DNA of 63,985 nt, filler included, from Octopus bimaculoides (Eukaryota), in the NCBI RefSeq assembly GCF_001194135.2. It is 6 parts of 5 records of this genome, joined end to end, with 100 filler letters (N's around TTAATTAATTAA, not from the genome) between each part and the next. Parts side by side here need not be neighbours in the genome. Positions count along the whole stretch, not along the records: positions 36,255 to 41,931 come from NC_068981.1; positions 42,032 to 52,838 come from NC_068991.1; 4 more parts are not named here. One strand, given 5' to 3'. The position numbers and the translations under genes were made by a program. Shown here in pieces: positions 38,245-50,704 of the stretch. The first letter of the stretch is position 1. Every line of letters begins with the position of its first letter. Under the pieces are notes generated by a model. It saw only the letters and a program-made list of their open reading frames with translations, had not been told where the DNA came from and ran no database searches.

Positions 38245-38720
38245 TAACATGTTCCGGCACATCTGAATGCGAATATTCTAAGCATTGTTGTTTCGTCATT
38301 GGAGAACGTCTCCTTTCAGATGAATGTATATTCATAACATACTCGATCCATTAGTACAAGGGAAATTTGTGACACCCTGTGTTTCGACATCGTTGTGTCT
38401 TATCAAGCAAAGGTTCCTTGGACTAATGAATCAAACAATGAGATTTTGGTTCTTGCTTATAACAAATTATTTGCTGATGCGTGCTGATAGCTACCATCCG
38501 ACAATAAATGCTCACACGCAGCGAGAATCAAGACTATGAGCTGCATATTCATTCTTGATATTCTCCGGCAAATTCGAACATAAATATGTGAACCATTGTT
38601 GTATTTCATCATTAAAGAACAACTTCATTCGGAAGAATATGTGTTTCTAATACTCTCGATTCCTTAGCATAAAGGGACTTTCGGACAATCGGTGTTTCAA
38701 CATCATTGTGTCTTATCACC
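38245..38720. repeat. diverged direct duplication, about 165-bp blocks with about 311-bp period
   Basis: cattctt..ccggca..aatat..cattgttg..ctcgat..gtgtttc.acatc.ttgtgtcttatca at 38245-38405 and 38550-38718. Confidence 0.8.
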
Positions 38721-38729
38721 CGGAACATA

Positions 38730-38963
38730 CAGGGTGGCCCAAAAGTAGGTTTGCAGTTATTAAACTATCTTTTTTGCATTCATATATTAACAGTTTAGAT
38801 CATAATTATAAAAAATATGAAACGATTATTCTATGCTAATTTAGTTAATTTTGTCAAGCTCCCTTTTCAGTTTGTAAGATAGAAATTTAAATGTAATGAA
38901 ATGTTTTAAAGGAAATTTAAAGTGCCTACATGATAACTGTAAACCTACATTTGGGACACCCTG
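38730..38963. mobile_element. Tc1/mariner-type MITE
   Basis: TIRs cagggtggcccaaaagtaggtttgcagttat / ataactgtaaacctacatttgggacaccctg (3 mismatches in 31); TA at 38728-38729 and 38964-38965. Confidence 0.92.
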
Positions 38964-39759
38964 TATTCAATTAATATGTTCTGCTGTTCAGTTTTTTATG
39001 ATTTCAAAAAGTAAATATGTGTATATGTGTGTCAATAATATTACTCAACAGCTAATTTTTATGAATAACATTAAATTATAATATCGATACAATCTAATCA
39101 TCGCATGTTTCGATTACCACTTATATAATTAAACAAGTTTAAACTGTACCGAGTAAATAATTACAAGATATTGTTACCACAAAATATTTCACCCATAATA
39201 TAATTCTAATTACACTTTTTAATCAGTTCATTTTACAAACGTTAATCAATCTATGTTTGTATTTTTTTGCTAGTAATATTCTCTTTCTCTTTTCGTATTT
39301 GTGTTTCAAAATTATTTTACATGCTAATTACTGATTCGTTGCAGAAAATTTAACTTATCAGCTTATGTCACTGGTACATCTTGAAATCTTAACACCCTTT
39401 GGAATAACAATCATATATTCACGACTAATTGATGTCTGCGAATTGATTTAGTGAAAAGATAAAATAGTAAATAGAAAGCTAGATGGATTTAGACAGTAAT
39501 TTGGTTTTCACACTTACTCATAAACACACAAAAAACAGGCATGGCCGCTGTGTGTGTGTGTGTGTATGTGTGTGTGTATGTGTACGTGTGTCCGTGTATG
39601 TGGCTGTGTGTATGCACACATACACACAATACATATTGTGTATGTATGTGCGTGTGTGTTTGTGTGTGTGTGTGTACTCCCTCACGCAGATGCACACGCA
39701 CGCACATACGTGCACGCATACACACGCACGTACACACACACACACACACATATACTTGC

Positions 39760-40069
39760 AGATGTTGTTGTGTGGTAAGAAATGTACTTCCCGATCACAT
39801 GGTTCTGGGTTCAGTCGTGTGTGTGTGTGCGCGCGTGTACGCATGTGTGTCTTTGTGTCCGTGTTTTTTCCCCCTCACACCGCTTGAGAACCGGCGTTGG
39901 TGTGTTTACGACACCGTAACTTAGCGTTTCGGCAAAGAGACCGATAGGAAAAGAACCTGGCTTGAAAAACATAAATAAGTACTGTGGTCGTTTCATTTGC
40001 CAAAAATATTTCTTCAAGGCGGTGCTCCAGCATGGCTGTGGTCTAATGACTGAAACAGTTAAAAGATAC
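39760..40069 (+). mobile_element. SINE family A with internal deletion
   Basis: Head gtgtggtaagaaat..ggttcagtc joined through a microsatellite to the tail cttgagaaccggcgttggtg..ccagcatggctg. Confidence 0.85.
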
Positions 40070-40985
40070 AATNNNNNNNNNNNNNNNNNNNNNNNNNNNN
40101 NNNNNNNNNNNNNNNNNNNNNNNNNNNNNNNNNNNNNNNNNNNNNNNNNNNNNNNNNNNNNNNNNNNNNNNNNNNNNNNNNNNNNNNNNNNNNNNNNNNN
40201 NNNNNNNNNNNNNNNNNNNNNNNNNNNNNNNNNNNNNNNNNNNNNNNNNNNNNNNNNNNNNNNNNNNNNNNNNNNNNNNNNNNNNNNNNNNNNNNNNNNN
40301 NNNNNNNNNNNNNNNNNNNNNNNNNNNNNNNNNNNNNNNNNNNNNNNNNNNNNNNNNNNNNNNNNNNNNNNNNNNNNNNNNNNNNNNNNNNNNNNNNNNN
40401 NNNNNNNNNNNNNNNNNNNNNNNNNNNNNNNNNNNNNNNNNNNNNNNNNNNNNNNNNNNNNNNNNNNNNNNNNNNNNNNNNNNNNNNNNNNNNNNNNNNN
40501 NNNNNNNNNNNNNNNNNNNNNNNNNNNNNNNNNNNNNNNNNNNNNNNNNNNNNNNNNNNNNNNNNNNNNNNNNNNNNNNNNNNNNNNNNNNNNNNNNNNN
40601 NNNNNNNNNNNNNNNNNNNNNNNNNNNNNNNNNNNNNNNNNNNNNNNNNNNNNNNNNNNNNNNNNNNNNNNNNNNNNNNNNNNNNNNNNNNNNNNNNNNN
40701 NNNNNNNNNNNNNNNNNNNNNNNNNNNNNNNNNNNNNNNNNNNNNNNNNNNNNNNNNNNNNNNNNNNNNNNNNNNNNNNNNNNNNNNNNNNNNNNNNNNN
40801 NNNNNNNNNNNNNNNNNNNNNNNNNNNNNNNCACACACATACATACATGCATACATGCATGCATACATACATACATATACATAATTTAAGTATATGTATC
40901 TGAATACACATGTATGCATACAAACACACACACACACATACTTATAAATACATATGTATATGCTTATTTATACATCTATATATAT

Positions 40986-41153
40986 AGTTCTATATTTAAG
41001 AGATGAGGAATTATTTACATTATTTACATTATTTACATTTGACGGATATTTGTCCTCATCATTTTTGTTATTAACACAACGTTTCGGCTGATATACGCTC
41101 CAGCCTTCGTCAGGTGTCTTGGGAAAATTTCGAACCTGGGTTCTCATTCCTAA
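40986..41153 (-). mobile_element. PLE 3' end (pseudo-LTR), inverted relative to the adjacent ORF
   Basis: Same sequence as 6380-6515 and 7016-7217; directly abuts PLE coding sequence at 41154. Confidence 0.88.
41073..41118 (-). ncRNA. minimal type I hammerhead ribozyme motif, core intact
   Basis: Minus strand reads gacac-CUGACGA-A-ggcug(gagcguauau)cagcc-GAA-AC-GU-U-guguu: helix I gacac/guguu, helix II ggcug/cagcc, palindromic ACGU helix III, predicted cleavage after GUU. Confidence 0.85.
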
Positions 41154-41419
41154 CGAGCAAAGAATATAAGTAGCGATCGTGATACCCACCACGAGGAAAT
41201 GATCAAGCTCAGTAACAATCTATTAAGAACATACTACCCCAAGAACATACTATCTACTCCAATTATGAAGAAAAGAGAGGACGAAACCAATAAACTGTCT
41301 ACAGTCTGTCTACCCTATGTGAAAGGCCTCTCCGAAAAGATACAAAAGATATGCGGCCCATATGACATCAGGGCAGTATTCAAGAGCAATACAACACTTC
41401 GCAAATATCTCCTTCGGGT
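41154..41419 (+). mobile_element. Penelope-like ORF fragment, RT thumb/linker region
   Basis: RAKNISSD..EEMIKLSNNLLRTYYPK..VCLPYVKGLSEKIQKI..IRAVFKSNTTLRKYL. Confidence 0.9.
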
Positions 41420-41931
41420 AGCCGACGTCTGGAAGACTCCGAAGAAGCCGTACTAAACAAGGGTCTCAACTTTGCGACAACCATCAAGCGCATTCCATAC
41501 TTGGACATAATAGCCCCTATTGAAGAGATAGCGGTAAAGATACCGAAAGCTCAGGGAGATGAACTAAGGTGGAAGGTGAGACAGGTACTGGAGAAAGCGA
41601 AACTTCCCAAGCCAAACATCACTAAGGAAGAAAAGTTCGCTTTCAAAAGGCTACAAGGAGACAATTCCATCATAGTTCTCCCAGCGGACAAGGGAAATGC
41701 TACAGTGGTGATGAACAAGTCTGACTACTCCGAAAAATTGGCAAGTCTTATAAGTGATGGTAGCTACAGTAGAGTAAAGAAAGACCCAACTCTGAAAACA
41801 GAGAGGAAGTTGTCACAGATCTTGATCAAGAACAAGGATCACTTCACACCAATGAAGTACAGACAGCTGACTCAACATTTCAGTAAACTACCACACATGT
41901 ACGGTCTCCCTAAGATTCACAAGGAAGGTAT
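41420..41931 (+). mobile_element. Penelope-like ORF fragment, N-terminal pre-RT region, open up to the gap
   Basis: EAVLNKGLNFATT..IPYLDIIAPIE..NITKEE..IIVLPADKGNATVVMNKSDY..KDPT..PHMYGLPKIHKEG; 170 codons without a stop. Confidence 0.93.
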
Positions 41932-42173
41932 NNNNNNNNNNNNNNNNNNNNNNNNNNNNNNNNNNNNNNNNNNNNTTAATTAATTAANNNNNNNNNNNNN
42001 NNNNNNNNNNNNNNNNNNNNNNNNNNNNNNNATATATATATACATATACATATGTATATATATGTTTTATGAGTATCTACACACATTATCATATATACAT
42101 AAATATTCACAATTAAATCAGGTGTTTAATATAAAATGCGTACGCGCATATATTTACACACAAGTGCACACAC

Positions 42174-42213
<40 letters not shown>

Positions 42214-44038
42214 GTGTGAGTGTGTGTGTGCGTGCGTGTGTGTATGTAAGCATTGGAAAGAAAATGGCGGTTGAAGACATTAGTAACTTCAGGTGCGAAA
42301 TGTGCGTTAAATCTACTCCTAAACGAAGATTTCTGACGAAGTTTTTGATGGAAATTATGCGTTAAGACATTTTGTTTTAAACACCCTATTCATGTCATGC
42401 TGGTAATGAATTTGTTCGTTTAAACTTTGAGCGTTTTGTTAAACATCGTACCAGTAGCACAACGTTCTTTGAACCAGTTGATTATTTAAGATCGGAACCT
42501 TTCAGAAAAAGTTTTGCTTTCAATTCTTTGTTATGGATTAAATACATACCTGTTATATGCTTTCTTGTATTCAATAGATTTATGCCATTATGTTTCAGTA
42601 ATAATTCAACTTTGCCATTGAAAGGTTTGGTAATATTATTTCAGCACTAGTTATTGCTTTTGGTTATTTGCTGACAGCTCTACATTTTACCTTTCTAAGA
42701 GTCTATGAAATAAAATACCAGTCATTTGCTGGGTTCGATATAATTGAGTAACCCTCTCACACCAATTTTATCTTTTTTGTTTTATTATCTATGTTAGAAA
42801 TGTAGATTGGTTTAGCACGATCGTAAGGGCGCCGGACGAATTGCATTGCAGTGATTGTTGATTGCTCTGATTGTTGAGATTAATCTTTAAGAATAAAATG
42901 TCAAGTCACGTGTGAGATGTTTCGTTGGTTGGTTACTTCTTTTTTGCCCTGTTAGAAAGAGAAAGCATTATTAGTGTTGAGAGAGGTGAAATAGAGGGAA
43001 AAATAATCTTAAAAAACATGTAGTATATTATAGAGCTTAGGCAGACAGAGTAGAAATACGATAGATAGGCAAATGAATATATAGATGGATATGTAGATGG
43101 ACAAACAGATGGACAGATAGATATGACCAAGATTAACAAAGTAGTAGTCAGTAACTTGTGTGACGGGCAGTCATGCGAGCAGGCAGATAAATATAGGAAG
43201 GAATGGAAATCAAAAATTTGTGAGAGAGGTAGAGAACGAGTGACTTAGAGGAGACGGGGTGTATATTACAGAAGAGGAATTAAAGATGTGATAAAACTGT
43301 ATAGAGAATGTATAAATAAGAGATGAGAAAGAGAGAAAGAAACAGAAAAGGAGAGAAAAATATTTGTGTAGACTGTCGAAGGAAAGTTTTGGATTAAAGA
43401 AGAGGTATGCAGACAACATTCGATACAGAGACAAACAATGAGGTATATATATACATATATATATATATATATANNNNNNNNNNNNNNNNNNNNNNNNNNN
43501 NNNNNNNNNNNNNNNNNNNNNNNNNNNNNNNNNNNNNNNNNNNNNNNNNNNNNNNNNNNNNNNNNNNNNNNNNNNNNNNNNNNNNNNNNNNNNNNNNNNN
43601 NNNNNNNNNNNNNNNNNNNNNNNNNNNNNNNNNNNNNNNNNNNNNNNNNNNNNNNNNNNNNNNNNNNNNNNNNNNNNNNNNNNNNNNNNNNNNNNNNNNN
43701 NNNNNNNNNNNTACTCATATATATATATGGGGTAGCATAGTTTGTCAAATACCAGAATACATAAGAAAATATATATGTACATATAAAAATGTAAAGCTAC
43801 GTAGTTGATTTTTATATACTGTGTAACTTCTATTGTAGTCTGGTACCACTGCATGAAGCTAATGAATATAGAAATATATATATACTCAAGTTTATGTGTT
43901 GAGTTCAATTCCTCTAGTGTGTATCACAAATACACACACGCGATTATTTTTATGTTGTGTGTGTGATTGATTTGTGTGTGATCTGTCATCAAAGACAACG
44001 ACTTTATTTTTTACAAAACAAAGATACACACGCACTCA

Positions 44039-44070
<32 letters not shown>

Positions 44071-45930
44071 CATTTAAATACGTTTTTGTGAGGAAGAATG
44101 AGTATAAGCATATGAAAATGCGTGCAAGAATGTGTTGTGAGTGAGTACGAACGTTTGTGTGTATGTGTGTGTATATATATGTGTGTGTATGTTTGTGTGT
44201 CTGTCAGTGGTTGTGTGTCAATTTGTCTAATTTCATTCTATTATTGAAGGAAGCCGTTTGTGTGTATGTATAAGGATGCATAGAATGATGAATGGCAAAA
44301 TCACACACACACACAGCCACAAACAATCTCCCCATACACAAACACACACACACACACACATACGCACACAATACACACATGCACACACACACACATACAC
44401 ACATTCGCATGCACACACACACACGCGCGCGCACGTTTGTACACAAATATATACGGGTATTAGGCTAAATTATTGCTAAGAGGGTGGAGAAAAGAATAAC
44501 ACCAAGACAATGTAGTTAANNNNNNNNNNNNNNNNNNNNNNNNNNNNNNNNNNNNNNNNNNNNNNNNNNNNNNNNNNNNNNNNNNNNNNNNNNNNNNNNN
44601 NNNNNNNNNNNNNNNNNNNNNNNNNNNNNNNNNNNNNNNNNNNNNNNNNNNNNNNNNNNNNNNNNNNNNNNNNNNNNNNNNNNNNNNNNNNNNNNNNNNN
44701 NNNNNNNNNNNNNNNNNNNNNNNNNNNNNNNNNNNNNNNNNNNNNNNNNNNNNNNNNNNNNNNNNNNNNNNNNNNNNNNNNNNNNNNNNNNNNNNNNNNN
44801 NNNNNNNNNNNNNNNNNNNNNNNNNNNNNNNNNNNNNNNNNNNNNNNNNNNNNNNNNNNNNNNNNNNNNNNNNNNNNNNNNNNNNNNNNNNNNNNNNNNN
44901 NNNNNNNNNNNNNNNNNNNNNNNNNNNNNNNNNNNNNNNNNNNNNNNNNNNNNNNNNNNNNNNNNNNNNNNNNNNNNNNNNNNNNNNNNNNNNNNNNNNN
45001 NNNNNNNNNNNNNNNNNNNNNNNNNNNNNNNNNNNNNNNNNNNNNNNNNNNNNNNNNNNNNNNNNNNNNNNNNNNNNNNNNNNNNNNNNTATATATATAT
45101 ATATATACATGTGTATATATCTATGTATATATATATATATATATATGTGTGTATGTATATGGATGTACATTTATTTATACGTATATATATATATATATAC
45201 GTATGTGTGTGTGTGGATATTTTTTAATTATAAAAGTAAAATGCAAAATAGGAAAAAAAGTTGAAGCACTCTATTGAGGTCACTTAAGATATGGATAAAA
45301 AAGAATCTCAGAGTGGGTGTAATGAAGGAGAGAGAGAGAGAGAAAGGGTGGTGGGTGGCCGGGATCGGATTGAGGAGTGGTGGGAGAAGAAACGGAGAGG
45401 AGGGTGTCAGTTAATGTACTTAATAACTAGAGTTGTGAGACTAGGACAGGGCGGGGGGAGGAGGAGGGCAGCTGAGATGGGGAATCACTTTTCTACGTCA
45501 TCAACTCCTTTACAAAACGAAAATCTCTCTCCTCCTCCTCTCTCTGTCTCTATCTCTCTGTCTCTCTGTCTGTCTCTCTCTCTGTCCGCCTCTTCAAATT
45601 CTTTTAATCTTTTTCATGCCTTCTGCCTTCTCTTTAACTTTCACACCAGCACTCTCTCCCTAATTCTACGTCTGTGTGTATGTGTGTGAGTGCGTGTGCA
45701 TGTATGTGTGTGTATATGTTTATATGCATACATATATATATACACACACACAAATATCTGTGCGTGTGTAATTAAAGTAAAGTAGAGAGGTCACAGTAAC
45801 TTCGATGTTTCGGTTTGCTCGCATACGCCAGACATTGTGCCTGTAAAAGTCTCATAATCTCGTTCTCTGATTTAAAAACATTCAGCTATTCTTCAGTTTC
45901 ATGTGAAATTGACCTTCCATATAATTCAAA

Positions 45931-46001
<71 letters not shown>

Positions 46002-47085
46002 AACACACACCAGTAATCTGGTAACAATCTTCAGAACTATTGAGCACGAACATAGAATGTACTAGTTTACTGCAGCCGAGCCAGTCGCTCGTTACTCTGG
46101 AGTTTCCTCACACGTGACCGCTTCTTCAGTTAAAACTGATTATATGAAAGAACGAATTACATTACAGAAATGGTAGACAATGCTGCAAGAAAACAATTAT
46201 TACTATTGTCGTTATTATCCCTAAAATTTTTATCACTTAAAAAAAAAATATTTATGGATATTGTTTTTATTGTTGTTACAATCACTGTGAATGCTGTGAA
46301 GAATATACCCTTTAATTTTTCTTTCATTAAAATATATTTATTGAAAGGGATGCTGCAAAAAATGATGTAGGAGGCAACATAATCGCACAAAGAACCAACA
46401 CGCATGCACACGTACATTGGCACGTTTACAAATAAACGTATGCACTTTCATAATCAATGAAAATTATTTTTATCAAAACTTTAATCAATTGAAACCGTCG
46501 AAAATTAAAAACACTTTATTTAGAATAAAACCTATTGGAAGATGAATCTCAACGGACATGTAAGATGATCAGCTCATCTTTAAAACCAATCATATGCGGA
46601 CTTACAAAGCATACAAAAAAAAAAAATCTCACCAAAATTTGCGATTTTTAATGATGGCTTCAAAAGAATCCTTGGTGAACTTCGTAATTCGCATTGGGCG
46701 GAGAGGTTTTGAATAAAGCTTCAGTCCAAGCATGTGGAATGGGTGGAGAAATTCGTAGAAAATTCGTCAGCATTCTGAGTAAAAATACTGTCTGGATACC
46801 TTGGAACAGGTCTGATCTTATGATTAAGGGGCAATGGTATGAAATTGAATAATTAGGGAACTATGTCGGTACGTATATATGTATGTATGCATGTATGCAT
46901 GGATGTATGTATGTAGGTAAGTAGGTAGGTTGGTAAGTGGGAAGGTAGGTGGAGCTAGAGTCAACATAGACAACTCAGCAACATGGTCATAGAAGCAATA
47001 ATTTTACACTCACGCACACACAGACAGACACACACACATACACACATACACATGTATATATATTTGAATGCATAGGTACACAGAT

Positions 47086-47149
<64 letters not shown>

Positions 47150-47419
47150 ACATAAATATGCATGTATGTATACTCATCTGTCTACATCCATTTCTGTCTC
47201 TATTACAATTGTATATAGACACATAAATTTACATATATACGTATATTGATGTATATAAATTTCTATACGCATATATGTATAATATGTAGATGCAGACAGG
47301 TGTGTTTATATTTATGCATATATACATATATATGTATTTATGCATATATATATATGTACGTGTATATTTATGTGTAAACATGTCGTTATAAGCATGTGCA
47401 TATATGTTTCTTTAAATAC

Positions 47420-47469
<50 letters not shown>

Positions 47470-47698
47470 TTATCTATTTTTATATTTATATACGTGGTGG
47501 TGTATATTTATGCACGTATAGATCTATATTTTATGCATGTATAAATATGTATATATGCATACGTGTGTGTATATACACATACACACATACACAAATATAT
47601 ATACATGCATACATATATATGCATGTTTACATATGCTATTTATACACATCCATGTACATATAGAAATATACAAATATTTCTGAATATATATATATATG

Positions 47699-47729
<31 letters not shown>

Positions 47730-48170
47730 NNNNNNNNNNNNNNNNNNNNNNNNNNNNNNNNNNNNNNNNNNNNNNNNNNNNNNNNNNNNNNNNNNNNNNN
47801 NNNNNNNNNNNNNNNNNNNNNNNNNNNNNNNNNNNNNNNNNNNNNNNNNNNNNNNNNNNNNNNNNNNNNNNNNNNNNNNNNNNNNNNNNNNNNNNNNNNN
47901 NNNNNNNNNNNNNNNNNNNNNNNNNNNNNNNNNNNNNNNNNNNNNNNNNNNNNNNNNNNNNNNNNNNNNNNNNNNNNNNNNNNNNNNNNNNNNNNNNNNN
48001 NNNNNNNNNNNNNCATATATATAAATATAAGTGTATATATATACAAATTTATTTAAAACTAAATATATTCCATGTAATTTATTCATCGTTACATTATACA
48101 TGTGCAGCGACGTGTGTGTAATTAATGTCATTCTGTGCACGTAGATACTTAATAACATACAAACATACCA

Positions 48171-48205
<35 letters not shown>

Positions 48206-48728
48206 GAAGGATGTCTTTATAATTTGAGGAATTTCTTGAAAAACGGTCTCACCGTTATTGTTGATCCAGTGTTTTTCAAGTGTTTCCTATATAAAATCAT
48301 ATGTACGCGTATGTGTGTGTGTGTGTATCTGTGTGTGTGTGTATGTGTGTTTGTATGAACTAAGAGAGAGTCTGACTTGTAGACATTAGCTTGCTCTCTT
48401 ATAGTTTTATGTGCCTGCTGCATAGTCGTGTGTAGACATGTAGAACGTCTCGGTTTCCCCAACATTCATCCAGCGGGATATTCTGGATGTAGAATTTGAA
48501 AGGTGGCCTACGCCAGCATTCATCAAGTAGTTTTGACCCGAGGAGACTGCAAAGGAATGAGAAATGAATTGCTTTGCTGAAGCATATGTAGCGGTACCCG
48601 ACCCATAAATCCAACCCAGCATTTCGTCATGAGCCCTACACCCTAACGATCGTGCTAGTTGCCTATGTGCATGTGTATGTGACGGTGGTGGATGGTTGTA
48701 CTGTTTTTATATGGTCTATTCACAAGTG

Positions 48729-49117
48729 AGTGGAGGCGCAATGGCCCAGTGGTTAAGGCAGCGAACTCGCGGTCATAGGATCGCGGTTTCGATTCCCAGA
48801 CCGGGCCTTGTGAGTGTTTATTGAGCGAAAACACCTAAAGCTCCACGAGGCTCCGGCAGGAGATGGTGGCGAACCCTGCTGTACTCACCCACCACAACTT
48901 TCTCTCACTCTTACTTCCTGTTTCTGTTGTGCCTGTAATTCAAAGGGTCAGCCTTGTCACACTCTGTCACGCTGAATATCCCCGAGAACTACGTTAAGGG
49001 TACACGTGTCTGTGGAGTGCTCAGCCACTTGCATGTTAATTTCACGAGCAGGCTGTTCCGTTGATCGGATCAACTGGAACCCTCGACGTCGTAAGCGACG
49101 GAGTGCCAACAACAACA
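48729..49117 (+). mobile_element. SINE family B, full length, with 12-bp TSD
   Basis: A box tggcccagtgg, B box gtttcgattcc, (caa)n tail; TSD tattcacaagtg at 48717-48728 and 49118-49129. Confidence 0.95.
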
Positions 49118-49259
49118 TATTCACAAGTGTAATATTTCGTGTGAACGTCCCTAACATGACACTGAAGATCATTGACCTTGATGCAGTTCTTCGACGGAGT
49201 TGTTTCTGTAAAAAAAACATAGAGGCTAAGAGGGGATGCCTATTTTGGAGAATGACAGT

Positions 49260-49310
<51 letters not shown>

Positions 49311-49605
49311 GGTGGAGGAGAGAGGGGGAGGAAGGGCGAGAGTGAGAAGTTNNNNNNNNNNGGGGGGGGGGGATGAGATAGAGGAGTGACCGGCTTGACA
49401 CGTGAGTCTGGGTTGAGCTAGTGTAAGGTTAGAGATGGTGTGCAGAAGCTTTTTAATGGAAGAAATAAAAGTTATTAAAAGTATAAAAAGAAAATAAAGG
49501 TGACATGTTGAGTGCCTTACAATGATACTTCTGAAGAAGAAATATTAACAAAATATTTTTAATATGCTTTCATGCCTCACGCAAGGAAATGAATCAATAA
49601 TTAAA

Positions 49606-49675
49606 CTGTTTATAATAGTAATAGTAGCTGCTGCAGAGTCAGCAGCAGCAGTAGTAGCAGTAGCAGTAGCAGTAA

Positions 49676-49706
<31 letters not shown>

Positions 49707-49707
49707 T

Positions 49708-49745
<38 letters not shown>

Positions 49746-49748
49746 TGA
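49606..49748. repeat. (AGT/AGC)n trinucleotide microsatellite; one of dozens of (TA)n, (CA)n, (GA)n, (TAGA)n, (TAA)n and (GAT)n tracts
   Basis: Direct inspection. Confidence 0.95.
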
Positions 49749-50300
49749 TAATAATTATGTTGTCTTGATTGGAAAGACATATTTACGATGAAAATCATAA
49801 TCAATCAATGATTTTCCTTTGTTGAAGGGTCACACAGTTTTCCAAAGATGTTATGGTATGATGTGAGGGAATTTGGCTGCTAATTATGGGGGTCAAGTAA
49901 CTCCATAGTGACTCGCACGCTGGTTTGTCGTTCTAAGACTAATCAGCGTGAGGGAAAGAATAAGTCTGTGAGCTAACAGCTGTAGCCTTTCTCTAAATTA
50001 ATCTTCTGACAATTAATCTTCTGACAACTGGATGTTGTCCTTTTGGATGTGATATATAATGGCTGCAAGTGTACTACTAGCTGCTTGCACAGTCCTTGAT
50101 AGAAATTTCCCCCTTGTAAAAATTTAAGCAGTCGTCACTTGCGAGCGAGCATGATTTGGCAGCATGTACCGTGCTTTCGTTTACTGTTTGAGGCGCCTAT
50201 GTGGTTCAGAGCAGACATAGACACCTTTTCGGTCCTCTCGCTCTTGATCTAACGGAAAAATCAAGGCTGTGACAGCTGGTGGGGATGTGGAGATAAAGTG

Positions 50301-50346
<46 letters not shown>

Positions 50347-50704
50347 TGAGAGAGAGGGGGGACGATTGAGCCAGTATGCAGCTGGTACTCATTGAAGCTG
50401 AATTGAACGAAGTGGTGTGAAATGAAGTATCTTGCTCAAGGACACAGCGCAACGCGACATTTGTCCGCCAATTGAACCCATAATCTTAGGATCATTCTCA
50501 GGACATCCTAATCACTAACCTTCGATGTCGCCTTCAGATGAGATTTTAGTGAGGGTAATAAACAGTATTTTTCGGTATGTAAATAGATTTCGAATCATTG
50601 TGATAAAGTTTTGATCATTTTGCAAACGTTTAATTTAGAAGAAAGACTACCGGAAGACATCTAAATCCTTGTCTTTGCCTATAAATTTGATGTTAACTTA
50701 TGTG

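Noticed and set aside
38365-38381. atttgtgacaccctgtg similar to the right TIR of the 38730-38963 MITE
   Set aside because: Short match with no partner TIR and no TA flank; probably chance.
42261-42298. AAAATGGCGG (YY1-like or start context) with MAVEDISNFR and CAG|GTGCGA
   Set aside because: Single motif after a microsatellite, weak donor and no other promoter evidence.
48729-48810. tRNA gene
   Set aside because: A and B boxes are present but continue into a SINE body; this is a tRNA-derived head, not a tRNA.
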